From a bacterium (GTDB lineage: Bacteria > SAR324 > NAC60-12), in the NCBI GenBank assembly GCA_965233585.1, contig CBDDTI010000746.1, forward strand, positions 64,001-128,000: 64,000 bases of DNA. The letters are read 5' to 3'. The position numbers were made by a program, and so were the translations under genes. How positions within the stretch are numbered: the stretch's first letter is position 1; every line of letters starts with the position of its first letter. This document shows positions 1 through 10,596 of the stretch, in pieces. Below the pieces are notes generated by a model. The model made no database searches and was not told where the DNA came from. It was given only the letters and a program-made list of their open reading frames with translations.

Positions 1-315
1 AACTGATTTAAGTTGTTGCTGTGCGTAAAAACGAAGGTAAGTCAAGCGATTGAGCCTTAAACCTGTTGCAATGTAGGCTGACAGAGACAAAATGACTCCA
101 GCCCATGCCGTTTGGGTTTCAATCAAACCAAGTGCAAAAAAGATGAGATTGACCCCAAAGTGAAAGACTGCCCATTGCAAAGCAAATTCACTGAAAAACC
201 AAGTCGCAAAATAAAAAACAAGAGATTGGAGAGATTGAGTCTTCTTGGGGGTAACAGACAATGCAACAGAACACAGGGAAAGGATTCCCCATGTCAAAAC
301 GAGCCATTGCATCAT
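1..315 (-). CDS. Partial CDS (runs off window): hydrophobic N-terminus, possibly a membrane-bound alpha/beta hydrolase
   Basis: Manually translated open frame from ATG 315 (MMQWLVLTWGILSLCSVALSV...FYFATWFFSEFALQW...) with no stop to the window edge; lies directly downstream of rpsI; not in the ORF track. Confidence 0.6.
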   Translation of the reverse strand, partial: MMQWLVLTWGILSLCSVALSVTPKKTQSLQSLVFYFATWFFSEFALQWAVFHFGVNLIFFALGLIETQTAWAGVILSLSAYIATGLRLNRLTYLRFYAQQQLKSV

Positions 316-325
316 CACAAACTGA

Positions 326-721
326 TTAACGTTTGGAGTATTGAAAACGTTTGCGGGCGCCTGGCTGTCCGTATTTTTTACGTTCTACACGGCGTGCATC
401 ACGGGTCAGCATTTTGGCTTTTTTCAAAATGGGTCTCATTTCAGAGTTTGCCTGTTCAATAGCACGTGCAAGACCATGACGTATTGCGCTGGCTTGACCC
501 GAAAGACCACCACCAGACACATTGACTAACACATCGTAATGATCTGAAACCTCACACAATTCCAAAGGCTGTCTGACAATCATTTTCAGGGTCTCTCTGC
601 CAAAATAGACATTGACATCTTTGCGGTTCACAACAATTTGTCCATTTCCTGGTCGTAAATAAACCCTTGCAACTGAAGATTTACGTCTGCCTGTTCCGTA
701 ATATTGTTTCACTTTTTCCAT
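326..721 (-). CDS. rpsI: 30S ribosomal protein S9
   Basis: [40 protein letters not shown] motifs. Confidence 0.99.
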   Translation of the reverse strand: MEKVKQYYGTGRRKSSVARVYLRPGNGQIVVNRKDVNVYFGRETLKMIVRQPLELCEVSDHYDVLVNVSGGGLSGQASAIRHGLARAIEQANSEMRPILKKAKMLTRDARRVERKKYGQPGARKRFQYSKR

Positions 722-724
722 AAT

Positions 725-1174
725 CTATTTTTTGAAAGTCAAGGGTTGAGGTTTTTGAGCTTGATGCGGGTGAGTTGCACCTGAATAGACTTTGAGCTTT
801 TTCAATGATGCACGGTTCAAAGCATTCTTGGGCATCATACGTTTGACCGCCATCTCTAAAACTCTGCTGGGGTGTTTTTCTAAAAGGTCAGATGCACGAG
901 TTTGTTTGATACCACCGGGGTACCCTGTGTGGTGGTAGTAGATTTTATCAGACAATTTTTTGCCTGTCAGTCTGACTTTTTCTGCGTTGACAACGACTAC
1001 AAAATCTCCTGTGTCTACGTGAGGTGTGTAAATGACTTTGTCCTTACCTTGTAAGATTTTAGTAATTTGAGATGCCAGTCTGCCAAGCGTTTGACCTTCT
1101 GCATCAACAAGCCACCAATTCCTTGGATATTTTTCTGTAAGAAAGTCTTCTTTTTTGGCGGATATGGTCTTCAT
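725..1174 (-). CDS. rplM: 50S ribosomal protein L13
   Basis: [41 protein letters not shown]; start moved to MKT (ATG 1174). Confidence 0.98.
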   Translation of the reverse strand: MKTISAKKEDFLTEKYPRNWWLVDAEGQTLGRLASQITKILQGKDKVIYTPHVDTGDFVVVVNAEKVRLTGKKLSDKIYYHHTGYPGGIKQTRASDLLEKHPSRVLEMAVKRMMPKNALNRASLKKLKVYSGATHPHQAQKPQPLTFKK

Positions 1175-1244
1175 ACGTTTTGTTTTGGAAAATAAGTAAA
1201 ACCCAATAGGGTAATCCGTTTGATTGAGAATGACAAGAGATTTT

Positions 1245-2258
1245 TCAGACGACCTCGCCTCCACTCCCGTGACCGCTGACAACAATCTTGCCTTCCTCTT
1301 CCAGACGAGACACAACCTTGATGATTTTTTGCTGAGCTGCCTCTACATCTGCCACTCTCACAGGTCCCATCACTTCCAAATCTTCTTTGATCATGTCTGA
1401 TGCACGGGAAGACATGCTGCTAAAAATCAGCTCTTTGACAGAATCACTTGCCGTTTTCAGTGCTAAGATTAAATCTTGTTGTTCTACCTCTTTCATCACA
1501 ATTTGCATCTGACTGCTGTCAATGAGAACGAGGTCTTCAAAAGTAAACATCAACTCACGAATTTGTTCTGCAAGGTCTGGATTACTTTCTTCAATGGTAG
1601 AAAGAATGCGGGTTTCAGAAGATTTATCAAGAGAGTTTAGAATTTCTGCAACGGACTCTACACCACCAACTTTGGTACCAACAGCAGTGGCAGTCTTCAT
1701 TTCTTCTGAAAGCACATCGTCCATTTCTGCCACAATTCCCGGGGGAATGCTTTCTAAAACAGCCATACGATAAACCACATCAGCCTGCAAATTTTCAGGC
1801 AATTCACGCAAGACCATAGATGCCTGCTCAATGTCAGTTAAATGAGCCATAATCAGGGCGATTGTTTGGGGATGTTCGTGTGCAATGTAGCTCGCAATGG
1901 TTTTGGGGTCCATGAATTTAAGGGAATCCAAAGCACCTTCTTCTTGGTGCGCTTTGAGATTGTCAACAATCCCTGCTGCACGGTCAGACCCCATTGCTTT
2001 AATCAAGGCATTTTTGACAAAATCACCTGTTGCAGTGATTCCCACACCTTCATCTTGCATCACCGATTTTCGGTAAAACTCTTCAAGAACAATATCCAAC
2101 TCTTCAGGGGAGACATCAGAAAAACGTGTCATGTAATACCCAACTTGCTGAATCTCTGTGTCTTCCAAATTTTTGATGACCTCTGATGCTCCCTCTTCTC
2201 CCATTGCCAATAAAAGAATCGCAGCTTTTTTAGGTCCTGTTAGTTTTCCAACCCCCAT
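1245..2258 (-). CDS. fliG: Flagellar motor switch protein FliG
   Basis: [37 protein letters not shown] motifs. Confidence 0.97.
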   Translation of the reverse strand: MGVGKLTGPKKAAILLLAMGEEGASEVIKNLEDTEIQQVGYYMTRFSDVSPEELDIVLEEFYRKSVMQDEGVGITATGDFVKNALIKAMGSDRAAGIVDNLKAHQEEGALDSLKFMDPKTIASYIAHEHPQTIALIMAHLTDIEQASMVLRELPENLQADVVYRMAVLESIPPGIVAEMDDVLSEEMKTATAVGTKVGGVESVAEILNSLDKSSETRILSTIEESNPDLAEQIRELMFTFEDLVLIDSSQMQIVMKEVEQQDLILALKTASDSVKELIFSSMSSRASDMIKEDLEVMGPVRVADVEAAQQKIIKVVSRLEEEGKIVVSGHGSGGEVV

Positions 2259-2410
2259 AATGTACTCCTTGAGTGATTAAAAGAAAATAGATACTGCTGG
2301 CTAGCTTGAGCAACTTCAAAACTTGAAAGAGATAAAATATAAGCGTTTTTGGGGATATATTCAATCGTTTTAATCTTTCTCCTCAATGTCTCCAAAGAAC
2401 ATTTCAAGCC

Positions 2411-2884
2411 CTAAACAAATTCTACCTCAACAATTTCAAAATGTCGTGAACCCTTAGGAATTTGAATAGTCACTTCATCGCCAATACTTTTTCCAATCAA
2501 ACCTTTGGCAATGGGTGAGCTAAAAGAGATTTTTCCAAGTTTGGTATCTACCTCATCTTCTCCCACAATTTTGTAAGTTGCCTCTTCTTCTGTGTCAAGG
2601 TCAAACACTGTGACGGTTGCCCCAAACACGACACGTTCACCTGAAAGCGTTGATGGGTCAATGACGTTACAATTTGCTAGCTTGGCATTGATTTCTTGAA
2701 TCCTGCCTTCTATGAATCCCTGTTGTTCTTTGGCGGCATGATATTCTGCATTTTCCTTTAAGTCGCCATGCGCCCGCGCTTCTTCAATGGCTTTGATCAC
2801 ACCTTGACGCTCCACAGTGGTCAAACGTTGTAGCTCTTCTTTAAGAAGTTCATAGCCTTCTTTTGTCATAGGATAGTTTTCCAT
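2411..2884 (-). CDS. greA: Transcription elongation factor GreA
   Basis: [32 protein letters not shown]. Confidence 0.98.
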   Translation of the reverse strand: MENYPMTKEGYELLKEELQRLTTVERQGVIKAIEEARAHGDLKENAEYHAAKEQQGFIEGRIQEINAKLANCNVIDPSTLSGERVVFGATVTVFDLDTEEEATYKIVGEDEVDTKLGKISFSSPIAKGLIGKSIGDEVTIQIPKGSRHFEIVEVEFV

Positions 2885-2912
2885 TGTATGTTCCTATTTG
2901 AAAAAATCTAAA

Positions 2913-4616
2913 TTAAATATCTGTTTCAAACTGCAATAAATTTTGTAAAGATGAATCAATCCATTGCACTGCAGTTGCATTCTTTTCTTCCTTGAGTTGC
3001 TTTATTTGTTTTTTCAGCAACTCTAATCCTGTTTGCTGGGTTTGGAGAGATTGACTGCAAAGCTGAAATTGCTCTTGTGTTTTTTGACAGAGTTGACCCA
3101 AATGCTGCCTTGCTGTGCCTTGTGCAATCATCATACCTCCTGCCATGCTTTTTTGAACTCTTGCCAGTGGGAATCTTCTTAAATCTTCACATTCTACGTA
3201 TTCAAAAGGGTCAATCCAAATCGTTTTTTTGCCAACTTGTTGGTAGTCTGATGCGAATAAAATGACTGTTTCCAAGTCTTCATTTTCTTGGTTTTCCAGT
3301 TGCCTTGCATCGGTTAATTGTTGCTGTAAAAATGACGCTGTTTCTCTACAAATTTCTAATAACTCCACTTCTTGATTCAAAATCAGCAAATCTCTTTCAA
3401 TTCTCTTGACGCTCTCCAGCTTTTTTTGTTCGTTTCTGTGGAGTCGTTGCAGGTTTTTTTCAAAGTCTCTTTTTTTTGCAGAATGGTGATGGAATTGCAA
3501 CTGTTCTATCGGAATAAAAGCACTGACTTGTTGGATCATCTTCTGGACGTCATCACTCAAATCATGCTTTTGACCAATCAATTTGACACGAGGAAACGGA
3601 TTAAGCTGAACCCAAATGAATGTGTCTTCTAAAGTGTGTGTGCCATCAGCAAAGTCATCAATCACCTGAACATCTTCAAATCCTTGTTGAGCAAGAATTT
3701 GCATGGCGATTTGATTGATGATTGGAAGGGTTCCAAGGCATCTCACAGGTTTTTTTGTTGAAGTAGAAACTTCCTGTTTGGGAGTATGGATTTGAGAGTT
3801 CAACGTCTCAATCATTTTTTGGAAAGTTTGATTTTCAGGGGACAAGGCATGATAGGAAAGAATGAAATCCAATCGCAAATCTCCTAACTGAAGAGATTGT
3901 AAATCTTCAAGAGTAAGTCCTGCAGAAAAGCTGACACCTTGTGAGTTTTTTAAAATGCCTCTGACTGAAAGCTTTAGAGATTCCTGACCCCGCTTTTGCA
4001 AGGCATATTCTAGCCACTCACTAACAGCTAAACTTTTTTGACCAAGCAAGACTTGTTGAACTTGCGTCAGTGCAATTAGCTCATCTTGGGGCAGTTGTTC
4101 CAACGATTGAGTCACGACTGACCCATGAGAATTTGTGTATTTGATTCGGGTTCGTTTGGCTTCGCTTTCACTGAAATATGAAAAATCCTGTGCCTTTTCA
4201 GCCAGCAGACTTTGTTCTTTCAACACTAAACTTTTTTGAGCATGAGTTGTCAATTTGGGGCTGTATGGCAAAAAAGGAGCAAAATCTTCAGACAGCTTTT
4301 CTACAATTAAACCATAATATGTCTTTTGGGAGGCAAGATGGAGCCTCATTTGCGATAAGAAAAATAAGCAATCGGTAAATGTTTCAAAACCCCTTGGGGT
4401 GATTAATGCCAAGACAGGGGGAGATTGCTGGAGATGCTGGCATGTGGAAATAATCGCTTGCGGTTCAATTTCACGAGAAGACAGAAGTCTGGCACTGATG
4501 AGGTGGGGCTTCAGAGGAGCTTGAATGGAGCGGAAAATCTTTTTCCAATGAGATTTTGTTAATCCCAAACCAAAAATGAGCATATCAAAAGCAAAATAAG
4601 GTTTGCAATCAGCCAA
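2913..4616 (-). CDS. Hypothetical protein, C-terminal coiled coil
   Basis: 567-aa ORF filling the space between genes; no recognised motif; start uncertain. Confidence 0.6.
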   Translation of the reverse strand: MADCKPYFAFDMLIFGLGLTKSHWKKIFRSIQAPLKPHLISARLLSSREIEPQAIISTCQHLQQSPPVLALITPRGFETFTDCLFFLSQMRLHLASQKTYYGLIVEKLSEDFAPFLPYSPKLTTHAQKSLVLKEQSLLAEKAQDFSYFSESEAKRTRIKYTNSHGSVVTQSLEQLPQDELIALTQVQQVLLGQKSLAVSEWLEYALQKRGQESLKLSVRGILKNSQGVSFSAGLTLEDLQSLQLGDLRLDFILSYHALSPENQTFQKMIETLNSQIHTPKQEVSTSTKKPVRCLGTLPIINQIAMQILAQQGFEDVQVIDDFADGTHTLEDTFIWVQLNPFPRVKLIGQKHDLSDDVQKMIQQVSAFIPIEQLQFHHHSAKKRDFEKNLQRLHRNEQKKLESVKRIERDLLILNQEVELLEICRETASFLQQQLTDARQLENQENEDLETVILFASDYQQVGKKTIWIDPFEYVECEDLRRFPLARVQKSMAGGMMIAQGTARQHLGQLCQKTQEQFQLCSQSLQTQQTGLELLKKQIKQLKEEKNATAVQWIDSSLQNLLQFETDI

Positions 4617-4645
4617 TCTGTTGCAAACCTTCTAAAAAAGACAAC

Positions 4646-5242
4646 CTAACTTCCAGCACTAGCACTAGCGCCAGCACTGGCGATGGAATTGTTAGCGATG
4701 GAATTTTCTAGCTCTTCTATGTCGCTAGATTTGCCAATATATTTGGGAACTTCTTTTGGAGGCTCAACCCACGAGCGACCATAAATTTCAGACTCCATTT
4801 TTCTTCTCCACTCACAGGCTAGTTGAAATGCCTTTTGTTCCCCATATTTATTGACTGAAAACATACGGCAGCGGTGTGAGCGATACTTGGGACTCCAAGA
4901 GACAGAAAAATATTCGCTGTAAACACCATTGCGATTCCGTTTACGTGTCCGACAAACACCAATCACACCTGTTTTATTACGGCTGTCTTTGTTGACAACA
5001 CGCCTTGCAGGGTAGGTTTTTCCGATTCTCTGAATCAGATCATTGCGATACTCCAATGCCTTTTGTAAAGAGACTTCACGCCCGCCAAATTTTCGGTCGC
5101 TAAACAGTTTGGAGTATGTCTCACTGTCGTTGTAAATCCGAACAAACCAGCCGTGTGTGTCCTTGGAGTCAAGACGGCTGATGCCTCTATAACCCGAACT
5201 ATTGCTCGCATGTCCGTCATTGTGTACTAGTTGACTTATCAT
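4646..5242 (-). CDS. Tandem AP2-domain DNA-binding protein
   Basis: Two AP2-like units: GYRGISR...GWFVRI...KLFSDRKFGG...ALEYRN and NKTGVIGV...SW...RMFSVNKYGEQKAFQLACEWR; RBS GAGG. Confidence 0.75.
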   Translation of the reverse strand: MISQLVHNDGHASNSSGYRGISRLDSKDTHGWFVRIYNDSETYSKLFSDRKFGGREVSLQKALEYRNDLIQRIGKTYPARRVVNKDSRNKTGVIGVCRTRKRNRNGVYSEYFSVSWSPKYRSHRCRMFSVNKYGEQKAFQLACEWRRKMESEIYGRSWVEPPKEVPKYIGKSSDIEELENSIANNSIASAGASASAGS

Positions 5243-5334
5243 TGTGTCCTCATAATAAAAAATTAATAAAATGATATTAAAATGACGATTATGAATGCTT
5301 TTCTAATTTAATGCAACCTTTTTTCTTAATTTTC

Positions 5335-6129
5335 TTAATTTTCACAAAAAAAAGCCTGCATAGGTTGAACAAAGCCAGAAAATCCGTCAGATTCAGCATC
5401 AGGTAATTGTGAATCTCCGTAATGATAAATCCATATTTTATGACGAATTTCAGGCGGGAGAGAAAGCAACTGATTGTATGACGCATGCACACCAAGTGAA
5501 TTGTTCTCTCCGCTATCAAATAATTGGCAATCGTGAAAGATAAGACTGCAATTTTCAAAGCCATATCGTATGTATTCAGGAGTGAAGCGAACATCTCCAC
5601 TGTATAAAAATCGTTTCTCTTTTTCCAAAGAGCCATTTGCCAATTCTATCCCGTATGTTTCCAAATTCAATACGTGATTATTGGTGTGTAGTTTCAGCAG
5701 CAAAGGGCTTTCTTCAGGGGAAATGGCAACCCATTGATGCTTGTCAATAGGCATCGGGGTAAAGTAGTCTTCCAAGGTTTGAGCTTGGGCATCATTTGGA
5801 GTGGCTTCTAAAAACTCTAAACCGCCACGCAAGCTACAATTCCACAAACGTTCTAGTATAGAAGCCGTGGAAAGTATCTTGATTTTTTTCTTGTACACCA
5901 TACGCATCATAATTGCAACTTGCTCCAATCCGGCAATATGGTCTGCGTGAAGATGAGAAATAAAAATATGAGTCACATTTTTGAAACCACACATTTTCTC
6001 ATCAAGAACGGCTGGAATCGGTTGCCCACAGTCCAATAAGAGCTTCACAGAGCCTGACTCAACTAATGCCGCACTTGTCCCGTAGAGTTTTGAAAATGCA
6101 GAGCCAACACCCAAAAAAGTAATTTTCAT
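5335..6129 (-). CDS. MBL-fold metallo-hydrolase (RNase Z-like)
   Basis: FLGVGSAF, LLDCG, SHLHADH, YSGD, HASY, YHY. Confidence 0.9.
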   Translation of the reverse strand: MKITFLGVGSAFSKLYGTSAALVESGSVKLLLDCGQPIPAVLDEKMCGFKNVTHIFISHLHADHIAGLEQVAIMMRMVYKKKIKILSTASILERLWNCSLRGGLEFLEATPNDAQAQTLEDYFTPMPIDKHQWVAISPEESPLLLKLHTNNHVLNLETYGIELANGSLEKEKRFLYSGDVRFTPEYIRYGFENCSLIFHDCQLFDSGENNSLGVHASYNQLLSLPPEIRHKIWIYHYGDSQLPDAESDGFSGFVQPMQAFFCEN

Positions 6130-6860
6130 GCTGTCAGTGCCTCTTGCAGAAAATCACTCAAAACTTTGACATGAGAGACTTCATTTGACTGCATATCTCC
6201 CAAGATTTGACTGACCTGATGAGAAAGAACATTGTTATAGTTTTCTAACAACGACATTTCTTTTAAAGAGATAATCGTCCCAAAAAGTAATCCATATTGG
6301 AGCAAAATTTTTTGTACAGAATCATCATGTCCCAAGGTCATAGAAGCCCCTTTGGACACAGTGGCGAACAAATAAGCAAAGCGGTTCTGAATCATCTGTA
6401 AAAAACTCTCTGGTGTTGAGTCAAGATTTAATTCTTGACCTTGCCCTAATGCCACCTTAGAGGTGGTGGTTGCAATCAATTCCAACGCGTCCCACCTTTG
6501 CAAATCGTTCACCATCTTCAAAGCCAACGTCAACAAATAGTCCCCAGACAAGATTTGAGTCTCTCCGCTTGTCTTCCAAAGGATTTGTTGTTGATGATGC
6601 CTCAATGCCATCGTACCCTCAGCCTGACGATGAAGCATCGCCGCCAGAGACAAGCATTCTACTGCTGATACAATTTGCCAAAAGTCATCAGTCTCTTGAC
6701 CAAAAAAAACTAACATTGTTGAGGCAAGCCTTATTCTTTGGGAAGAGAAAACAGCCTGTTGCAAGGATTCTTCAATTTCTTCTTGAAATGGCACAGAGGA
6801 ATCTATGTAAGGCTTAACCAACTTCAAAACCTTTTGATATTCAGGCTCGCAGGGTAACAA
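6126..6860 (-). CDS. Degenerate polyprenyl synthetase family protein
   Basis: RIR, AVECL..A.MLH, ILSGDYLL, GQGQEL, YGLLFG framework, but DDxxD motifs absent. Confidence 0.7.
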   Translation of the reverse strand: MLPCEPEYQKVLKLVKPYIDSSVPFQEEIEESLQQAVFSSQRIRLASTMLVFFGQETDDFWQIVSAVECLSLAAMLHRQAEGTMALRHHQQQILWKTSGETQILSGDYLLTLALKMVNDLQRWDALELIATTTSKVALGQGQELNLDSTPESFLQMIQNRFAYLFATVSKGASMTLGHDDSVQKILLQYGLLFGTIISLKEMSLLENYNNVLSHQVSQILGDMQSNEVSHVKVLSDFLQEALTA

Positions 6861-7129
6861 AAGTTATTTTATGTGTTTGAGAAGAGAGAATCATCTCAAA
6901 ATACTAGCATGGTGAAATGCGTTTGACTAGCTTAATTTGAGTTTTGGGGAAGAAAGAACCGTATTGATGAACTTCTGATTTTCCTAAAAAATGAGGACAA
7001 TTTGATGTTTTGAAAAAAAATCGCTTGCTTTTCATTTGTTCATTCGTTACAATGCTTTCCTTTTTCTCCTTGCTGTTTAGATGATGTTCTAAATAGCGTC
7101 TTTTTACAAACTTTAAAGAAGGTCATCTC

Positions 7130-8882
7130 ATGGAAAATTTATCCGCAATCCGCAATCCGCAATCCGCAATCCGCAATCCGCAATCCGCAATCCGCAATCC
7201 GCAATCCGCAATCCGCAATCCGCAATCCGCAATCCGCAATCCGCAATCCGCAATCCGCAATCCGCAATCTATATAGGCTAAATCAGCTTTTTCAAAAGTC
7301 AAGACAAAAATCGCAAACTTTTTGCTTTTTTGTCAAAAAATTTCCTCATCTACTCAAACCTCACTTCTTCAAACTTTTTCTCGTTCCTCTCACTCTTTTT
7401 GTTTTTTCTGCTTGTGGTGAAGACACACCTTTTAAAAATGCCAAAGAAGAAGAAGCTCAAGAGTCCCAAACTAACCAAGAAGAAAAGACTCCAGATTTAT
7501 CGGGGGCGTCAACTTTTGTTGAAAAGAGGGCATTTACAGGCAATCAACATGGTTGTCCCAACGGGGGTGTAGAGCTTAAAATCGGCTTTGATTATGACAA
7601 CAATGGCAAGCTAGAAGGCAAAGAGCATGTCAGCACAGAATACATTTGTCATGGACGAGATGGACAAAAAGGAGACGCTGGAAAAGATGGACAAAAAGGA
7701 GATTCAGATCAAATTCTCATAGGTTCAAGCAAAATCAAAGACCCCAAGACAGGCAAACTTGTGACCAAAAATTACACCGTCAAAGAGATTGTCAACTTAA
7801 ATATCAGGTCAAAGGGAACGGCAGGAGAAAGACGTAATGCTGGTAGCACCGAATTTGCCCCCTATTTTTACGGCAACAAGTTGTACTATGACGACCCAGT
7901 TAAAGATGAAACTTCTGAAGTCCAAATCAATTTAGATGAGTCTTTAAGTAACAATGTCATGTTTAGTGCTATGAATAAGACGTTGATGTTGCTGAGGAAA
8001 ACAGGGGAGCTTTACGAACTCAAAGACGGACAAGCCAAACTTTTAGACACTCAAAATGACTTTAAAGACCTAAAGACGTCCTTTGTCAAAAGTAGTCCTG
8101 ACGGTTTTTATTTTACTGACAATAAGAATAACGGAGATAATCAGGTCTTCCAGTACGAAATCAATGCTAAACAATTAACCCAGCTCAAAGCAAACAATCA
8201 GCCCGTTGTAGCAAAACAAATAGCAACCAGTGGCTCAAGTCTCTATTACTCGCTTCATATTTCTGGTTCTGGAAGTTATGTCTATCATTATGACGTATCA
8301 GGGAGTCAGGAAGTTTTTAATGGAAGAGGTTATTATGGTTCCTATCATAGGTTGGTACACTTTAAGGGGGAGGTTTATTTTTCCGATGGAGACTCTTTAA
8401 ACAAAGTTTCAGGCAATTCTTCTGTTGAAATCTTGAAAGGTCAGACGTTTTCTTTATTCAAGAGCAGTGAGAAGCTGTGGACGGACCTAAAATTGACAGG
8501 CAATAAAATCCCAGCAGATTTGGTGGGTTTGGGACGATACATCATAAATAGACATGACTTTTCTACTCAATTTAACAATTCAATCTATTATGTTGATTTG
8601 GGATTGAATAAACTGCATGCTGATGGAACATATGAGACAATGACAAACTCTGGCGTAAATGGTGTGGGTTCTAGCCAAGATTATTTGTTTGTGAGTGTGA
8701 ATTCAGACAGAAGCCCTGCGTTATGGTTCAAGTCAAAAGATGGTGACTTTGTGCCTGTTGGGTCAGGTAGCAACTTTACGAAAGGTAGCAACTTAAAAGT
8801 AGTTGGTGATGTGGTTTATATCGTAGCGTCAAAAGGTGTGATGAAAGGCAGGGCGGTTTTTCGTTTTAAATTTAAAGATTGA
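7130..8882 (+). CDS. Phase-variable surface lipoprotein (currently out of frame): lipobox FSAC, Cys-motif domain, short collagen-like stretch, probable beta-propeller
   Basis: ATG 7130 with AAGAAGG RBS stops at TAG 7274-7276. The frame of ORF 7761-8882 is open back through the repeat and encodes KLFLVPLTLFVFSA-C (Cys 7413), CPNGGVELKIGFDYDNNGKL...YICHG and GRDGQKGDAGKDGQKGD. Confidence 0.8.
7141..7266 (+). repeat. Perfect heptanucleotide microsatellite (ATCCGCA)x18
   Basis: 126 bp counted directly; starts 11 nt into an ORF beginning at ATG 7130. Confidence 0.98.
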
Positions 8883-8938
8883 TTGAACTTAAAAATTGAT
8901 TAAACTCAAAATCTGATTTTTTTTCTCCAGCCCTTCAA

Positions 8939-8964
8939 AAAGAGTGTCAAACTTGGCACTCTTT
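8939..8964. terminator. Hairpin between convergent genes, probable intrinsic terminator
   Basis: AAAGAGTGTCAA-AC-TTGGCACTCTTT inverted repeat. Confidence 0.6.
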
Positions 8965-8997
8965 GCTTTCTTCTCTGCTTTGCATCCTTCAACGCTT

Positions 8998-9357
8998 CTA
9001 ACCCAGCACTTTCAAGAATCCAATAATAAAAATGGTAGAAGACAGAGTCAAACCCAAAGACCAGAACATAAAGCGATCCATTCTGGCATTGACCATCTCA
9101 AATCCCCTTTGCATATCCTCACGCAAGTCTTTCATATCTTTTTTCATGTCCTCACGGAGTTCTTTCATATCTTCACGCAAGTCTTTCATGTCTTAACGCA
9201 ATTCTACGTCAAGATGATGAAAGTGATTGGTCTGTGACTTGAGGATCATAATGAGCTTGTCATCTTGAGAAAGCGGTTCTTCACCTTTTCTCAATTTATC
9301 TAATACCCGCCTGCTTTCTTCTGCAAGATATTCATCAAAAATATTACTTTCAAACAT
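8998..9357 (-). pseudogene. Coiled-coil membrane-anchored protein, array copy with nonsense mutation
   Basis: Near-identical to 9803-10162, but CAA>TAA at 9193-9195. Confidence 0.9.
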
Positions 9358-9383
9358 AATTTATTTTTTACCTTTCAATGCTT

Positions 9384-9776
9384 TTAACCCAGCACTTTGA
9401 GAAATCCAATAATAAAAATGGTGGAAGACAAGGTCAAACCTAAAGACCAGAACATAAAACGGTCCATTCTGGCATTGACCATCTCAAATCTAGCATTGAC
9501 CATTTCAAATCCCTTTTTCATGTCCTCACGGAGTTCTCTATTTTCTTGTTTCATATCCTCACGGAGTTCTTTAATTTCTTGTTTCATATCCTCACGCAAG
9601 TCTTTCATGTCCTGACGCAACTCTACGTCAAGATGATGAAAATGATTGGTTTGTGATTTGAGAATCATAATGAGCTTGTCATCTTGAGAAAGCGGTTCTT
9701 CACCTTTTCTCAATTTATCTAATACCCGCTTGCTTTCTTCTGCAAGATATTCATCAAAAATATTACTTTCAAACAT
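9384..9776 (-). CDS. Small coiled-coil protein with C-terminal TM helix (CCDC90/DUF1640-like architecture)
   Basis: Conserved head MFESNIFDEYLAEE, ELREDMK repeats, RFMFWSLGLTLSSTIFIIGFL anchor. Confidence 0.85.
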   Translation of the reverse strand: MFESNIFDEYLAEESKRVLDKLRKGEEPLSQDDKLIMILKSQTNHFHHLDVELRQDMKDLREDMKQEIKELREDMKQENRELREDMKKGFEMVNARFEMVNARMDRFMFWSLGLTLSSTIFIIGFLKVLG

Positions 9777-9802
9777 AATTTATTTTTTACCTTTCAATGC
9801 TT

Positions 9803-10162
9803 TTAACCCAGCACTTTGAGAAATCCAATAATAAAAATGGTGGAAGACAAGGTCAAACCCAAAGACCAGAACATAAAACGGTCCATTCTGGCATTGACCA
9901 TCTCAAATCCCCTTTGCATATCCTCACGCAAGTCTTTCATATCTTTTTTCATGTCCTCACGGAGTTCTTTCATATCTTCACGCAAGTCTTTCATGTCTTG
10001 ACGCAATTCTACGTCAAGATGATGAAAGTGATTGGTCTGTGACTTGAGAATCATAATGAGCTTGTCATCTTGAGAAAGCGGTTCTTCACCTTTTCTCAAT
10101 TTATCTAATACCCGCCTGCTTTCTTCTGCAAGATATTCATCAAAAATATTACTTTCAAACAT
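9803..10162 (-). CDS. Small coiled-coil protein with C-terminal TM helix (array copy)
   Basis: Paralog of its neighbours, 119 aa. Confidence 0.85.
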   Translation of the reverse strand: MFESNIFDEYLAEESRRVLDKLRKGEEPLSQDDKLIMILKSQTNHFHHLDVELRQDMKDLREDMKELREDMKKDMKDLREDMQRGFEMVNARMDRFMFWSLGLTLSSTIFIIGFLKVLG

Positions 10163-10188
10163 AATTTATTTTTTACCTTTCAATGCTT

Positions 10189-10569
10189 TTAACCCAGCAC
10201 TTTGAGAAATCCAATAATAAAAATGGTGGAAGACAAGGTCAAACCTAAAGACCAGAACATAAAACGGTCCATTCTGGCATTGACCATCTCAAATCTAGCA
10301 TTGACCATTTCAAATCCCTTTTTCATGTCCTCACGGAGTTCTCTATTTTCTTGTTTCATATCCTCACGGAGTTCTTTCATGTCTTCACGGAGTTCTTTCA
10401 TGTCCTGACGCAACTCTACGTCAAGATGATGAAAGTGATTGGTTTGTGATTTGAGAATCATAATGAGTTTGTCATCTTGAGAAAGAGGCTCTTCGCCTTT
10501 TCTCAATTTGTCCAACACCCGCTTGCTTTCTTCTGCAAGATACTCATCAAAGATGTTACTTTCAAACAT
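10189..10569 (-). CDS. Small coiled-coil protein with C-terminal TM helix (array copy)
   Basis: Paralog of its neighbours, 126 aa. Confidence 0.85.
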   Translation of the reverse strand: MFESNIFDEYLAEESKRVLDKLRKGEEPLSQDDKLIMILKSQTNHFHHLDVELRQDMKELREDMKELREDMKQENRELREDMKKGFEMVNARFEMVNARMDRFMFWSLGLTLSSTIFIIGFLKVLG

Positions 10570-10596
10570 GATTTACTTTTTTACCTCCCGATACCT

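Noticed and set aside
112..529. Plus-strand ORFs 112-462 and 341-529
   Set aside because: Antisense to rpsI and to the partial minus-strand gene
1175..1315. N-terminal extension of L13 in the ORF track
   Set aside because: Overlaps the fliG 3' end; the conserved L13 start is MKT at 1174
7330..7837. ORFs 7330-7572 and 7646-7837
   Set aside because: Alternative frames of the lipoprotein coding region, whose real frame contains the lipobox and Cys motif
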